A DNA stretch of 64,000 nucleotides from Octopus sinensis (Eukaryota). Positions within the stretch are counted from its first letter, which is position 1, and the number at the start of each line of letters is the position of its first letter. Position numbers and translations under genes: made by a program. The DNA is taken from NCBI RefSeq assembly GCF_006345805.1, contig NC_043003.1, positions 24,180,001 to 24,244,000 of the forward strand, given 5' to 3'. The notes beneath the pieces were generated by a model that saw nothing but the letters and a program-made list of their open reading frames with translations, was not told where the DNA came from and made no database searches. Shown here piece by piece: positions 1-13,675 of this stretch.

Positions 1-14
1 TTTCCGGAGAGAGG

Positions 15-575
15 TAAGTTGATTACATCGACCCCAGTGCTCAACCGGTACTTATCTTGTCGACCCGGAAATGATAAAAGGCAAAGTCGACCTCGGTGGA
101 ATTTGGACTCGATACGCAAACATGGAAAAAATATCGGTAAGCATTTTGCCCTGCGTACTTATAATTCTGCTATTCCGTCGGCTTTGAATATCTAATATTG
201 ATTTCATCTTAAAGGCGGCAAAATCGTTAGAACGCTGGGCAAAATACTTCACGGCATTTTGTCCGTCATTACGTTTTGAGGTCAAATTATACCGAGGTCA
301 ACTTTGCCTTTCATATTTTCAGGGTCGTTTGAGTATCATGGTCAATGTAATGCTGGCTTTGTGCCACAATTTGAAATAAATATTGATTTCATTCTAAGAC
401 AGCGAGCTGGCAAAATCGTTAGCACGCCGGGTAGAATGCTTAGCGCATTTCATCCCTCTTCAGGTTCTGGGTTCAAATTCTGTCGAGGTCGACTATACCT
501 TTCATCGCCTGGAGGTCGATAGAATTGGTACCTGTTGTGTAATGGTGTCGATGTCATCGACTTAACCCCTCACCC
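15..575. mobile_element. Cluster of decayed family M SINEs (Meta-domain-like core)
   Basis: Core GAGGTCGACTTTGCCTTTCATCC..GGGGTCGATAAA..AGTACCAG at 15-185 (-) and 209-575 (+). Further decayed copies lie at ~1201-1345, 4803-5100, 33270-33420, 36045-36220 and 56020-56155. Confidence 0.7.
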
Positions 576-2312
576 AAAATTGTTGATTTCATCTTAAACA
601 AGCAAAACTTCCTCACTGTGAAAGAAACACATTTACAATACATTAATGTAATATATTATTTCTACAGTGTATATAAATGAATTGCTATGACTCAGTACAC
701 ACTTCCACAGTTAAGTTGAAAAACTAATAATAACTAAGGTATTTGTCATGGGAAAGCGAAACAACGGTAACACGATTCGACATATCGAACACTTCTTCAA
801 CATTTCAGAGGGTCAACCGTAAGTCAATCGAGTCGGCTATCATATCACTTACGGTTTAGTTTATTCGAAGTCCGCCATGTTGAATACATTCCTGAAATAC
901 GCCATTCATTTATTGTTTTTATTCCTAAACAATGCGGTTAAGTATTCTTATAGCGGAATGTAAATATGAACGGTCGCGAATTAAAGTGGACAATAATATA
1001 ATATTGACGTGTCTTGATCATACACGAGGACAATTATGGCCGAATGAATCAGTGTGTCTATATTGATACAGCTTTGTTTTGTCGTCGGTTGTGCAATGAC
1101 AGTCAGAATAGAGCTTAACATTATACGAACAGCGACAAAAACTCTAGAGAAATAAATACTGTTAAACAAACTAGTCAGATTCTCTCTTCTTGTCGGCAAC
1201 AAGGCGGCGGCGAATGGCAGAATTTTGTGCTATATTTTTTCTGGTTCACCGCGTTCCGAATTCGATTCCTGGCAATCTCCTCTTCGCCTTTCATCCAATC
1301 GGAGTTTATCAGCAAAATACCAATGTAGCCCCGAAGTCGATTTTTCACACTTAATCTAGTTTCTGTTTCTCTCTCCTAAACTCTTCTTTCTGTTTCTTTC
1401 TTTCATTCTTATGTCCCTATCACTCATTCTTAGGTTCGTCTTTAGTACTCTTCTCTCTGTAACTGTCACTCTCTCACGAATTTCTTTTTTTTCTTTCAAT
1501 CTTCTTTATGTCTGTCTTTCGCTTTTCTCTCTCTTTCCATCACTGACTCCTCTCTCTGTCACTCATTAACTTACTCTACTCTATGTCTCTCATGCTTTTG
1601 TTTTCCCTGCCTCTCTCACATTTCTCTCTCCCTCTCTCTCCCTCTCTCTCTCTGTTTCTGTATTATGTGCGTAATTAAATTTCTTTCCCTGTCAAGCTGT
1701 CTGATAGAGGGAATTATATTAACTACACGTATCTGTGGAATACTCAGCCACTCACTCGTTAATTTCAAAAATAAGAATTGAGGATCGAACAGGCTATCAT
1801 AGAAACCAAAGGAGATAGCGTATCGTGGAGATCAAAGGAGAATTCACCTCCACTATTTCTACCGACCTTTCTGCTGTGAATCAAAAGAGCAAATAGCAAA
1901 TCATTCGACATGGTAGAAAAGGCAACCAGCCGTCTCCTAAATCACACTAGTGAGAGAACACATTGGACAATATAGCTTAAAGCAAACAGAGGGAAAGTTC
2001 ACGGAAGGAAATATTTTGAATATAGCCTTCAGGACGTACATTTCGCCAAAGATTTTGAATATAGCCTTCAGGGCGTACATTTCGCCAAGTAATTAGAATT
2101 ACTAATGATAACACTGGTCAATAAGTATTCTTCATCAAGCATATGTCAAGGTGTGCTTAGTGTAGTTTTTAATAGTGATTTCAAATATACAATTAGTTTG
2201 TTTTTTGTTTGTTTTTTTGACATCACGTACAGTTTTCAAGTTGAGAAAGTTTTTTGGTTTTAGCTCATGCATTATATAGAAATTTCCAGTTAATGACGTG
2301 TATGCATGTATT

Positions 2313-2624
2313 TCGGTTGCGACGACGAAGGTCTCAGCTGATACGATCAAAGGAACAGCTTGCTCGTGAAATTAACGTGTAAGTGGCTGAGCACTCCACA
2401 AATACGTGTACCCATAACGTAGTTCTCGGGGAGATTCAGCATGACACAGTTTGTGACAAGGCCGACCCTTTGAAATATATGTACTCCTCCTTTTTGCCAG
2501 CTGAGTGAACTGGAGCAACTCGAAATAAAGTGTCTTACTCAAGTACACAACAAGCCGCCGGGAATTGAACTCACGACCTTACGATCATGAGCTGAATGCC
2601 ACTAACCACTAAGCCATGCGCCTT
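2313..2624 (-). mobile_element. SINE, head B + tail X, nested in the Chapaev3-like element
   Basis: tRNA-like head, then TTGCTCCAGT.CACTCAGCTGGCAAAAA, then tail X (ATTTCAAAGGG.CGGCCTTGTCAC...). Confidence 0.8.
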
Positions 2625-2844
2625 TACAGAAACATACCTTTAAAATAAACTACATTATTCATTGCTGCATAGTTCAGATGCAATATTTCATCATCATACA
2701 TTAACCAATCAAGTTTTGTCTGATGAAATACGTATTTCAGCATTTCAAATTGTCCAATCATAATTGGTCTCATGAAATATTTCATCTCAAATTCAATATA
2801 AGTATAACCATTTATATCTATTTTCTTACTTGTTTTACAGTGTT

Positions 2845-4370
2845 AACAACGTCAAGACAGTTTAGAAATCGTCCTGATGTGTTTTGTTATGTCTGTGAAC
2901 AATTTATTGTGAAAGCGCAAAAAACATATAGCAAAACTCAACATCAAGAATATTTATAAGCTATACTTTGACTGTCCTCTCAGAGATCAGGACAAGTTAT
3001 GGGCACCACATTTTATCTGCTCAGCTTGCTCAGATGGCTTACATGACTGGTTCATTAAGAAGAAGTAGTCCATGCCTTTTGAATTCCGATGGTATGGAGG
3101 GAGCCGAAAGATCATTTTAATGACTGTTATTTTTGCAAAGTAAATGTCACAGGATTTTTTATGAAGAATAAACACAAAATTGTGTATCTGAATTTGGATT
3201 CTGCAATGAGACCTATTCTTCACAATGGAAGTTTACCAATTCTAGTTCCACCAGATGATGGCATTGAAACATCAGATGATGATGCTGACTGTCAGGATAG
3301 TGTTGCTGAGGAAGATTATGATGCTGATGACGATAGCTTTGAACGTCAGATATTTTCCAAGCTGAGCTGAATGACCTTCTCATCGACCTATCCCTCTCAA
3401 GAGATAAAGCAGAACTGTTGGCATCAAGACTGAAGAAGTATCTGCTAGAGCACGGTGTTCGTATCAATTATTTTCCGCAGAGAAATGTGGTTCAACAAAC
3501 AAGCTCTTCTGTTGAAGGCCCACTTTGCATTAGCAGTAACATCGAATGACTTTTAGAATGTTTATCACAAGATCACGGTCCTGCAGAATGGCGTTCGATT
3601 ATTGACTCTTCAAAAGAAAGTTTAAAAGATGTACTTCTCCATAATGGGCATTTGAAGCCTTCCATCCCTATTGAATACTCCGTTCATCTTCATGAATAAT
3701 ATGAGAATACGGAACTTTTACCTCATGCCATTGCCTATGAAAGATACACATGGAAAATATGTGGAGATTTAAAAGTCATTGGAATGTTAATGCGAATGCA
3801 GTCAGGTTACTCAAAATACTGTTGTTCCTTGTGTCTATGGGATAATCGGTAAACTCTCAGGCATTATTCAGAATTAAACTGGCCGACAAGAACATCATAC
3901 CCACCAGGACTGTCCTACGTCAAGAATATACCTCTTGTCGATTCATATAATGTTCAAATGCCTTCTTTGCACATAAAGTTTGGATTGATGAAACAGTTTG
4001 TAGAGGCACTAGGGAAGAGAAATGCCATAGAATTTGAGTATATTATGTCAACTTCAAGACAACACTGGATCAAATGGAACTGCCCGCCTGGAATGCTTTC
4101 AATTGGATCTGTGAGCATTTCTTAGGCAACAAAAAAGGCAATGGAAGACAAGGATGGCATCTAGAATCTTCTGAAATGTTACTCTGCAATTGGCTGTTGC
4201 ATGTCACTGAAAGTTCACTTCTTGGACACACATCTAGATTTCTTCGAGATAAAAGTATCTGATGAACATTGTGAAAGATTTCATTAGGACACTAGTGTTA
4301 TCGAGAAACGGTACCAAGGCTTCGAGAGTATGCTGGCTGACTATTGCTGGACACTCTACTGTGATCAACC
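2845..4370 (+). pseudogene. Transposase pseudogene of the Chapaev3-like element
   Basis: Multiple frameshifts and stops, plus an apparent internal deletion near 4040-4075. Confidence 0.75.
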
Positions 4371-5104
4371 GGATCAGGAACAGTGCAGGAAATGCAAATC
4401 ACAATGTTTCTAACTCTGTTGTTCTAAATTTGTCTGTTTTGTCCGACAAAAAATGTTTTGTGTATTCACTCTATGAAGAATGAGAATGATGATTTTTAAC
4501 TAAATAAACTCATTTACTTTCTAAAAATAATATGTCCTTATTTATTACATTAATGATTACTTAAAGAGAAATATGTAAATATTTGCATGTATCTACCAAA
4601 AAACCGATACGTGCTGCAATACAAATGGAGTGAAATTTTGATATCAGCATGAAAAATAAGTCTAAAATCGTCGATTTGCATTCATAATGAGTATAATACA
4701 TTTAATTTTGGTCACCAGTGTAATCTTTCTAATTTTGTTACAAGGCCAAAAATCTTAAGGGAACGGAGGAATCAGTTACATCTATTAGTAGTATTTCAAA
4801 GACGGTGAGCTGGTAGAATCATAAACACGCCGAGTATATCGCGTGTTACGTTCTAATTTCAAATCCAACCGAGGTCGAATTTGCGTTTCATCATTTTGGG
4901 TTCAATAAAGTAGATACGAAGTACAGGACTAGGTATAATTAACTTACTCCTCACCTTAAAAGTTCTGTCAATCCAAAATAAGAAACTTTGTCTTTCGTCC
5001 TTTTGTGGTCGATAAAAAAGTACCACTTGAGCACTGAAGCAGATGAAGTCGAGATTCATCCTGCCTCGTTATGGCTGGCCTTGTGCCAAAATTCGAAACC
5101 ATTA

Positions 5105-5290
5105 TGCTATGTCGATAATGATGCAACGATTTTTTCTTTTTCGTTCACCATAACAATGTCAGGTTTCCGATATATCATCTGATGGTCACGTTCAGTCATT
5201 GCATCACACAGGATTTTACAATCTTCATTCTCAGTAGGCCCTTATGAGATCGTGCTACGCTTTGTGTAACTGAGGAAAATGGGTCATTTC
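5105..5290 (-). mobile_element. Fragment of a restriction-like-endonuclease (R4/Dong/NeSL-type) non-LTR element
   Basis: Minus translation NEDCKILCDAM-ERDHQMIYRKPDIVMVN...IIIDIA matches the RLE KILWD..RPD..IIDV motif. Confidence 0.55.
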
Positions 5291-6880
5291 ACATTGCTCC
5301 GATCATTACTCAGCTATAATGAGTAACATTATGTTGTTATTACAGCCATGGCGACCTGTTACATTCTGACTGAGCTACAGGATAGAGTTGGCTGTACTTT
5401 AGTTTAGAGGTTATTGCATTTGTCTTATATATCAGATGACGAAAGTTCAAATCCCCTTCAGAATGTAAGCTCGTGGTGCTGAAACGGTTTTAAATTGGCG
5501 TAATGAAATTATAATTTTGTTAATGACATAATTATCTTATCCTCACATTTGATACTTTTATTTTAGTTTTAAATACAAATAAGGTGTTTATAACGGGAGG
5601 CTGCAGGGAGATATTTTATGCGCATCGTGCGTCACCTAGAAAATCTTGAGGCAATTCACTAAAGCTATGCATGATATTCCTTCGATGTACTTAATCTAAG
5701 CTATTTCTCTATAGCTATAATTAAATATAGATGTTAGTTGCCAGATTAATTGGTTGATATCTCTAGTCACGCTTTACACCGTGAAGAGAGAGAGAGTGAC
5801 AGAGAGACAGAGAGAGACAGACAGACAGATAGACAGACAGAGAGAGCGGTGGAGAGAGATTTAGTGGATGAGATACAGAGACGTTGAATGGGAGGTACAG
5901 GATGAGTGCACTTACTGAATTTAGTTGCATGGGAAGGATGAGGGGAAGCATATGACAAAGTACACATGTCACGTGTTATACAAATGAGAAACTTGTCTTA
6001 TTTAATTTCGTTTGAAGGTAATAAATATTTTTCTTTTGAAAACTTGTATTCATTTCATCATTCTCTATAAGCACAATAACATTTGATTAAATCTAATTTA
6101 TAATTCTTGAATGTATGTCATATTGTCTGATGCTACTCATGATGGTAAAAGTACACTTGCTAAGATACCCAACATATGACGGGTAACATTACAGTATGTT
6201 TTATTATTTATAAGTCAGATCTCCATGGCTCAGAAGGTAAAGAGATAGTTACAGGGTCTCGGGGATTAATACGAAGACATTGGTTTTATTCCTACAATAC
6301 AGATCTAGTCCAAATGATGACAGCAGAGTGGCCCTTAGTAAAGGCTATCAGGAGCCAAATGGGGATATTTAATCCAGGCTTCGGACCAAATCTACAATAT
6401 AGAAATAAGTAGGCATAAACACTTCCATCACTGAAGCCAACTGTATATATAAAAGGCAGGGTGTGTGTGTGTGTGTGTTTGTGTGTACGTACGTGAATGT
6501 AATTTATGAATGTCCACAAATTAGCACGCATGTCGCTCCAATTTTAGGAGGACATTCGTCATAATCCTAGCTGTATTTTCGTCAACTAATTTTTCCCAGA
6601 GGCACCAGCGAATAGCAGTAAAAATAAATTTTCAACCAAAACTTTTAACAATTTTCAAGTCGGAGAAATCACTATTGTTTGCAAACAGGAGTTAAGTCTC
6701 CTTCTAGCGACGAGAGAGATTTTGTTAAGACTTTTGTTGTTTTTTTTCCATCGAGGAAAAATGTGGTTTGTAGATATACAGGCAACACATACACACACGA
6801 ACATGTATGCGTACAGAAAACATGTATGCAACAATAGGTGTACGTACGTACGTGTGTGTATGCGTGTGCGTGTGTTGTCC

Positions 6881-7809
6881 CTTGACTGAAGATTAGAGGC
6901 TTCGAATGACCCGTCCGTTTTTTGTGTCGTCTATTTGAATGTTTTGCGTTCTTGTCCCATTTTGTATTTCTATATATATTTTTTATACATATATTATTGC
7001 GGCGTAACGTACACCTTGTTCTCTTCTATGTAAGCATCTCACTACTTGTACGACTTCTACACACACTTTCTCTATACTTCACCGGTCTCTGTCTTTCTCT
7101 TTTCTCGCCTCTTTGATTCTTTTGTCTCCCCTTTCCCCACTCTCTCACATTTCTCTGCCTTTCTCACTCTGCACCTCACTGACCCTGCTTTTCTTTTGTT
7201 CCGCCAATCCTTGGCACGCTCTCTTTTTTCTCCCCTCCTTAATTCCTTCTTTCTCTCGCTTCTCCTCTCCCTGGTGCCTTTGTCCCTCTTTTTCTCTCTC
7301 TCTTTGATTCCTTTGCCCCTTTTTTCTCTCTCCCTTCTCTTCTCACTTGACCACCGACAACTATAGCCTTTCGGCTTCTGAGCACCGCCACGACAATATC
7401 GAATATTTTCGTCTGCCGTAAGGCATTATTTTTCAAATACGCCAGCTAAGCTAAGTCGAACTGTCTAAAGTCGAAAGACCCCTGTTGTTTTTGTCCTGTT
7501 ATTATTATTATTGTTTTTTTGTATATATATTCGTATTACCTTTTGTTTTTTGTATTTATATTCGTGCGGCATCGTCCGTTTTTGTCCTTGCTTCGTATAC
7601 ATTCGATCCTTTTTCCAAGCTCGTAGCTTAGTTTTTCCTTGGGGCTGGCCGGATCGGAGCGATCTCAAGATTAATCAGCCGAAATTGAGAGGATGATCCG
7701 GTTCTTGACTGAAGATTATAGGCTTCAAATGACCCGTCCGTTTTTTGTGTCGTCTATTTGAATGTTTTACGTTCTTGTCCCATTTTGTATTTTTATATAT
7801 ATTTTTTAT

Positions 7810-7812
<3 letters not shown>
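6881..7812. mobile_element. ~930-bp element with ~108-bp terminal direct repeats
   Basis: 6881-6988 is nearly identical to 7704-7812 (CTTGACTGAAGATTA...TTTTATAC). The interior is pyrimidine-rich with no recognisable ORF. Confidence 0.55.
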
Positions 7813-7849
<37 letters not shown>

Positions 7850-7859
7850 TATATATATA

Positions 7860-7977
7860 TATATAGGGAATTCGCCCAGATTTGACGTCGATGTTGCTTA
7901 GTTTGGTTTGAAATAAAGAACTTAATTAGCTTAATAGTCATAACTTAATCCCGAGCATAGCCGGTTTATACTGCTAG
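7860..7977 (+). mobile_element. Probable Helitron 3' end
   Basis: CCCGAGCATAGCCGG hairpin followed by GCTAG^T. Confidence 0.4.
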
Positions 7978-8869
7978 TATTTGATATATTGGTGCAATCT
8001 ATTCAGCCTAATTTTATACACGAAGATTTGGAGTTTGTGTTAATTCGAAGCTATGGTGGAGGACACTTTCTTCGGGGTGCTGCCCTACATTGCGCTCTAA
8101 ACTGCACCCACTTTATTACGATGCGAACTTCTGAACCACACAACCAGTCTTAGTACTGACCACATCCTGGAAAGCTAAATTTACGAGCGAGAAAATAGAT
8201 AAAGGAAGGAACATGTAATTAGTGGAACATGGTAAAAAATAAAATAATAAAAAGAGAAACACAAGCTTTTCACGTTCTTCGTTTCTGGGAGTTTTATCCA
8301 CAAGTCTGCATTTGTCGGTATAATTTGAAATCAATTAAAAAGCCAGACTACTTCCTATTCTAGCGATAACTTTGGACATTACGGCTTCCACAACACCTGG
8401 ACGCATTATGTTTTATAGTACACATAACACATCTCTATCTGCGCGCACGTACGCGTGTGTATGTGTGTTGGGGCTGTCAGTTTCCCTACGTGTGTGTGGT
8501 GAGACAGAGAGAGAGTATTTAGACAACCGGGTAAGCAACCAATCGCAGAGAGAGCGAGATTGAGAGAGAGAGAGAGAGAGAGAGTGAGAGAAAGAGGAAG
8601 GCGGTATTTCATTCAGTTCCAGATGAGTGATAAAGCATTACATTCAAAGCTGTATGATCAATATTCAACGTAGCAGACTTGCATGATTAAACAGTAAAAT
8701 AATTTACTGTTTTTTAGCCAAATATCGGAAATAAAGTAATCAATAATCACACTGAAGGCAAAAGCTGTCTCACTTTGAGATGTTTAGTAGACCAATATAC
8801 TCATCATTTTGTTTTGCATTAGTAGACTATCACTGACCATTATTACTCACCCCACCAACTCTCTCTCAC

Positions 8870-9278
8870 ACTTTTACTCTTTTTACTCTTTTACTCTTTT
8901 ACTTGTTTCAGTCATTTGACTGTGGCCATGATAGAGCACCGCCTTTAGTCGAGCAAGTCGACCCCAGTACTTATTCTTTGTAAGCCTAGTATTTATTCTA
9001 TCGGTCTCCTTTGCCGAACTGCTAAGTTACGGGGACGTAAACACACTATCATCGGTTGTCAAGCGATGTTGGGGCGGACAAACACAGACGCACATACATA
9101 TATACATATATACGACGGGCTTCTTTCAGTTTCCGTCTACCAAATCTATTCACAAGGCTTTGGTCGGCTCGAGGCTATAGTAGAAGACACTTGCCCAAGG
9201 TGTCACGCAGTGGGACTGAACCCGGAACCATGTGGTTGGTAAGCAAGCTACTTACCACACAGCCACTCCTGCGCCTAT
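8870..9278 (-). mobile_element. CORE-like tRNA SINE with internal microsatellite (family C), full length
   Basis: Head GGCGCAGGAGTGGCTGTGTGG, CORE-like GACACCTTGGGCAAGTG and a (GTAAAAGA)n tail. More copies are adjacent at ~9290-9668 (-) and ~9968-10372 (+). Confidence 0.85.
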
Positions 9279-9815
9279 GTATATCAATATATTCTTTTAT
9301 TCTTTTATCCTTTTAGCTGTTTCAGTCATTTTACTGCGGCTGTGCTGGAGCACCGCCAGTAGACGAACAAATCGACTCCAGGACTTATTCTTTGTAAGCC
9401 TATTACCTATTCTATCGGTTACTTTTTACCGAACCACTAAGTTACGGTGCCGTAAACGCACCAATATCGGTTGTCAAGCGATGCAGGCACAACAACATAT
9501 ATACGACGGGATTCTTTCAGTCTACGTCTATCAAATCCACTTTGAAGGCTTTGGTCAGCCCGAGGCTATACTAGACGACATATTCCCAAGGTGCCACGCA
9601 GTGGGACTGAATCCGGAACCATGTGATTGGTATGTAATCTACTTACCACACAGCCACTCTTGCGCCTATATTCTTGTCCCTTAAAAAGTTCTCTTACTCC
9701 ATGTCTGTTTAACATATTTTTTTACTCCACTCTCTTCATCCCTCGTTTTGCTTTATTTTATATACATCTAGTTATCTAAGGCCATATACCGTTATATTAT
9801 CTGCCTATCCCACCC

Positions 9816-9847
<32 letters not shown>

Positions 9848-9926
9848 TTCGGGTTCAACAGAGTATACAAGTAAAAACAACAATGCCTAAAACGGAACAA
9901 GCATACATACATATATGTTTGTGTGT

Positions 9927-9967
<41 letters not shown>

Positions 9968-10122
9968 GACACAGAGGTGGCTGTGTGGTAAGAAGCTTGG
10001 GGAAGCGTTTTCTACTTGAGCCGACCAAAGCCTTGTGAGTAGGTTTGGCAGACAAAAACTGAAAAAAATCTTCGTATATATGTGTGTGTGTCTGTCTGTC
10101 TGCCATTCTGTCTGTCTGTGTG

Positions 10123-10157
<35 letters not shown>

Positions 10158-10440
10158 CTTGGTGTCTGTGTTTGTCCCCTGTCACCCCTTGACAACCGGT
10201 GTTTTTGTGTTTACGTCCCCGAAACTTAGCGGTTCAGCAAAAGAGACAGAAAGAATAAGAACCAGGCTTAGAAAATAAGTAGTGGGGTCGATTTATTTGA
10301 CTAAAAATTCAAGGCAGTGCCGCAACATGGCCGCAGTCTAATGAGTGAAATTTGTAAAGATAAAAAAAAGAGATTATAATATAAATACACATAAAGAATC
10401 TTGCAAACCAAATCCAAAACCGAAATACACACACAGACAT

Positions 10441-10490
<50 letters not shown>

Positions 10491-10556
10491 ATATATAATA
10501 TATATATTATATATATGTGTGTGTGTGTGTGTATGTATATAGATAGAAATACATAC

Positions 10557-10587
<31 letters not shown>

Positions 10588-10964
10588 CATACATACGAGG
10601 CTCGTCTTCTAGGTTGTAGATGCCGCCTCGGAATTTCTGGAACCACAGTTGATACTAGCTAACACTTATTGTCCGATACTCATATACTGCATTAATATTC
10701 CTCGCACTTTCCACTGCGTTGTTGTCTTCATTGAACTCATAAAGCAAAACATGCCGAACATGTTCCTTTGTCACATCCATTACAGCTTTGAAAAAATATC
10801 TGTTAAAATCGAAATGCACTCTTCAAAATGTGCACTAAGAATAAGTACAGGGTAAAATTACTACCTTGCTTTGTAGAAAATAGATGCAGGTAGTTTATCC
10901 CTCCCGCCTCCGATTTTCATTTTATGCAATAGAAAAAAACCCGCGATATTTATGGTATGGCCCA

Positions 10965-11047
<83 letters not shown>

Positions 11048-11052
11048 TATAT

Positions 11053-11208
11053 AAATAAATGAAAGAATGGAGTTGAACGACGATTTAACAAAATTCCTTT
11101 ATTCTCGACATATGTTTCGAAGGCTGCATATTCCTAATTTCGAAGGAATATGTCGCGAATAAAGGAATTTTGTTAAATCGTCGTTCAACTCCATTCTTTC
11201 ATTTATTT
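11053..11208 (-). mobile_element. Fold-back element with the 3' half of a hammerhead
   Basis: ~60-bp inverted arms at 11053-11112 and 11148-11208. Minus strand reads AGGAATATGCAGCCTTC-GAAA-CATATG-TC-GAGAAT, and (TA)n lies on the left. Confidence 0.55.
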
Positions 11209-11401
11209 GTATTAAAAAAACACACAAATTTCCACACGAAAGCACGTGATCTCTACCCTTGGCATGTAGCTTCAGCCGTGTTTTTCTGACGTGAATTTGC
11301 TACCCAGGTATCGTTTAACCGAATTATCCATACTAAGATAATTCATTCAACTACTTAAATATATATATATATATTATATATATATTATATACAGAGAGAG
11401 A

Positions 11402-11434
<33 letters not shown>

Positions 11435-11848
11435 TAATATATCGTAAATCAGTAATGAATGGTATTAAAATATTAGGACGCCTCACTGTATGTGTAATAC
11501 GAATATGAAAACATTCCTTCAATGTACGTGTACGCAGACGTGATTTTCTAAGTTGCTATTTAATAACATGTCAGTCCTTATTTAGCAAATTTATGATTAA
11601 AAATGTTTCGGCGAGGATTTGCAAGTCTATCTAGGGCAAGATGGATAAATGTGTTCTCCTCTGTTTAAAACAGTTCAGTCGGATTTGAGTGAATTTCGCT
11701 GTTATATCGTAGCAGATCGAATGACTGCATAAGGCTGTACTTTTCCTGCCTGCGTATCCATGTAGATGATGTGTATTTGTGTTGCTATAAATATGTGTGT
11801 ATATGTGTATGTGAGTGTTTAGTATGTTGTGTTTGTGTGTGTATGTGT

Positions 11849-11902
<54 letters not shown>

Positions 11903-12250
11903 CTCTGTGTGTGTGTCTGTTTGTCCACTTACGTGTGTAAATGGATGTATAATTTATCGATATTTCTTGATCTGAATCTTTCTCATACATCATTAACCCC
12001 AGTCTATCTCATTACTTCTCTAGTTCATTTTCTCTCAACACATTCCATATAGATGAAATTACTGACTAGGCAGGCTTCTAATGTATAAACACACTTACAT
12101 ACATACATACAAAACACACATAAGCACACCGAGAGACAGACACACAGACTGACAGACTGACCAGTAAGATGAAAAATGGCGGAATGTCTTCCACTTGTCA
12201 AAATTTCATTTCCATCATTATGCACAGATACATACGCAAATACATCATCC

Positions 12251-12316
<66 letters not shown>

Positions 12317-12568
12317 GTATGTGTGCATGTATGTATGTATGTATGTATGTATATATATACATGTATATATGTGAATATATATATATCTATATATGTATGT
12401 ACATATGCATGTATATACATATATACACGCACACATGAATATGTATACATGTATACATAAATAAATAATTAAATATATAATATATATATTTACATACACA
12501 CACACACACATATATTATATACAATATATATATATATATATATAATATATATATATATATGCATATAT

Positions 12569-12600
<32 letters not shown>

Positions 12601-12949
12601 ATATATATATATCACAATTGTTTATTGACTTGAAAGGGATTTCTTGGCACAAATTAATATACATGCGGGAGACGTATATCATGATATGACCGTCACGTGG
12701 TATGTATTTCTGCTTTTAGTAATGAGGAAATTAGCAGACTGAAAACCTATGCCTATGACTTCATCATAAAACTGGCGATACACCGGATTACGCTTCTGTT
12801 TCTACTGTACGTAATAACCTGAATCATCGTCAGGGATTAACGACATGAACGATAGGAGATCTAGAAGGGAATATCTCACAATAGATTGAAAGAGCATATG
12901 TTGTTTGTTTGTGGGTGTTTGTGGGTGTGTGTGCGTGTGTGCGTATGTG

Positions 12950-13132
12950 TTCCCCAGTTGGACGGGAAGCCAGTCCATCGCTGCGTTACTCATTTTTGCC
13001 TGCTGAGAGGACTGGAGCAACGTGAAATGAAGTATTTTGCTCAAGAACATAACGCGTCGCCCGGTCCAGGAATCGAAACCACAATCTTGCGATCATGATG
13101 CTGACACCCTAACCACTAAGCCACGCGCCTCC
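12950..13132 (-). mobile_element. SINE, head B + tail Y
   Basis: tRNA-like head with A/B boxes, followed by AAAATGAGTAACGCAGCGATGGACTGG. Confidence 0.8.
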
Positions 13133-13513
13133 AACAAATAATTTATTATACCGTAAAATAAATTTTCTTTTGAAATGATCGCAATCATATGAATATCAAC
13201 TGTGAAAAAAATAACCATATTCATCTCGTACCTCCTCTCTTTATATTTTATATACTCCTTATGAAATAATAATTGATACTTCGATTTACTGCATTTCAAC
13301 TGCATTACACCCCTTTGTTTTGTTTTACTACGCAGTTTGTAGACTGATCCGCTAAAGGAGAATTTTTGTGAGTGCCACCAGATTGGTTAACTCCATATAC
13401 TGTACATTTATTATACACACACACACACACATATATATGTATATATATACATATGTGTGTGAGTAGGTGTGTGTGCGTGCCTGTGTCTATTTTGTGTATA
13501 TATATATAGCAAG

Positions 13514-13545
<32 letters not shown>

Positions 13546-13549
<4 letters not shown>

Positions 13550-13675
13550 TCAGATGAATATGGTACTTCAGTTGAGGCACCAGAATTTACTACGGTTTTA
13601 TCCATACAATTTCAGAATTAGGTGATTAAAATCAAAATAAGCAACAAAGATATCCAGAGGTAATGCAGTACGGTC

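Larger units (their letters stand above)
2112..4720 (+). mobile_element. Chapaev3-like (CMC superfamily) DNA transposon, full-length but decayed
   Basis: Termini are CACTGGT...ACCAGTG, with a TAA TSD at 2109-2111 and 4721-4723. Frameshifted transposase motifs include FCYVCEQF, WAPHFICSAC, WREPKDHFNDCYFC, KICGDLKVI, LHIKFGLMKQFV and SDEHCERFH. Confidence 0.8.

Noticed and set aside
2013-2088. 39-bp tandem duplication beside the Chapaev end
   Set aside because: It has only two copies and no spacer, so it is an ordinary slippage duplication and not CRISPR-like.
4255-4285. CTGATGA...GAAA hammerhead-like string
   Set aside because: There is no viable stem II or stem I, and it encodes the transposase motif SDEHCERFH.
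6881-6915. CTGAAGA core at the start of the direct repeats
   Set aside because: It is followed by CGAAT/CAAAT rather than GAAA, and there is no stem I complement.
12785-12840. Minus-strand CTGACGA...GAAA...GTA
   Set aside because: Stem I and stem II do not pair.
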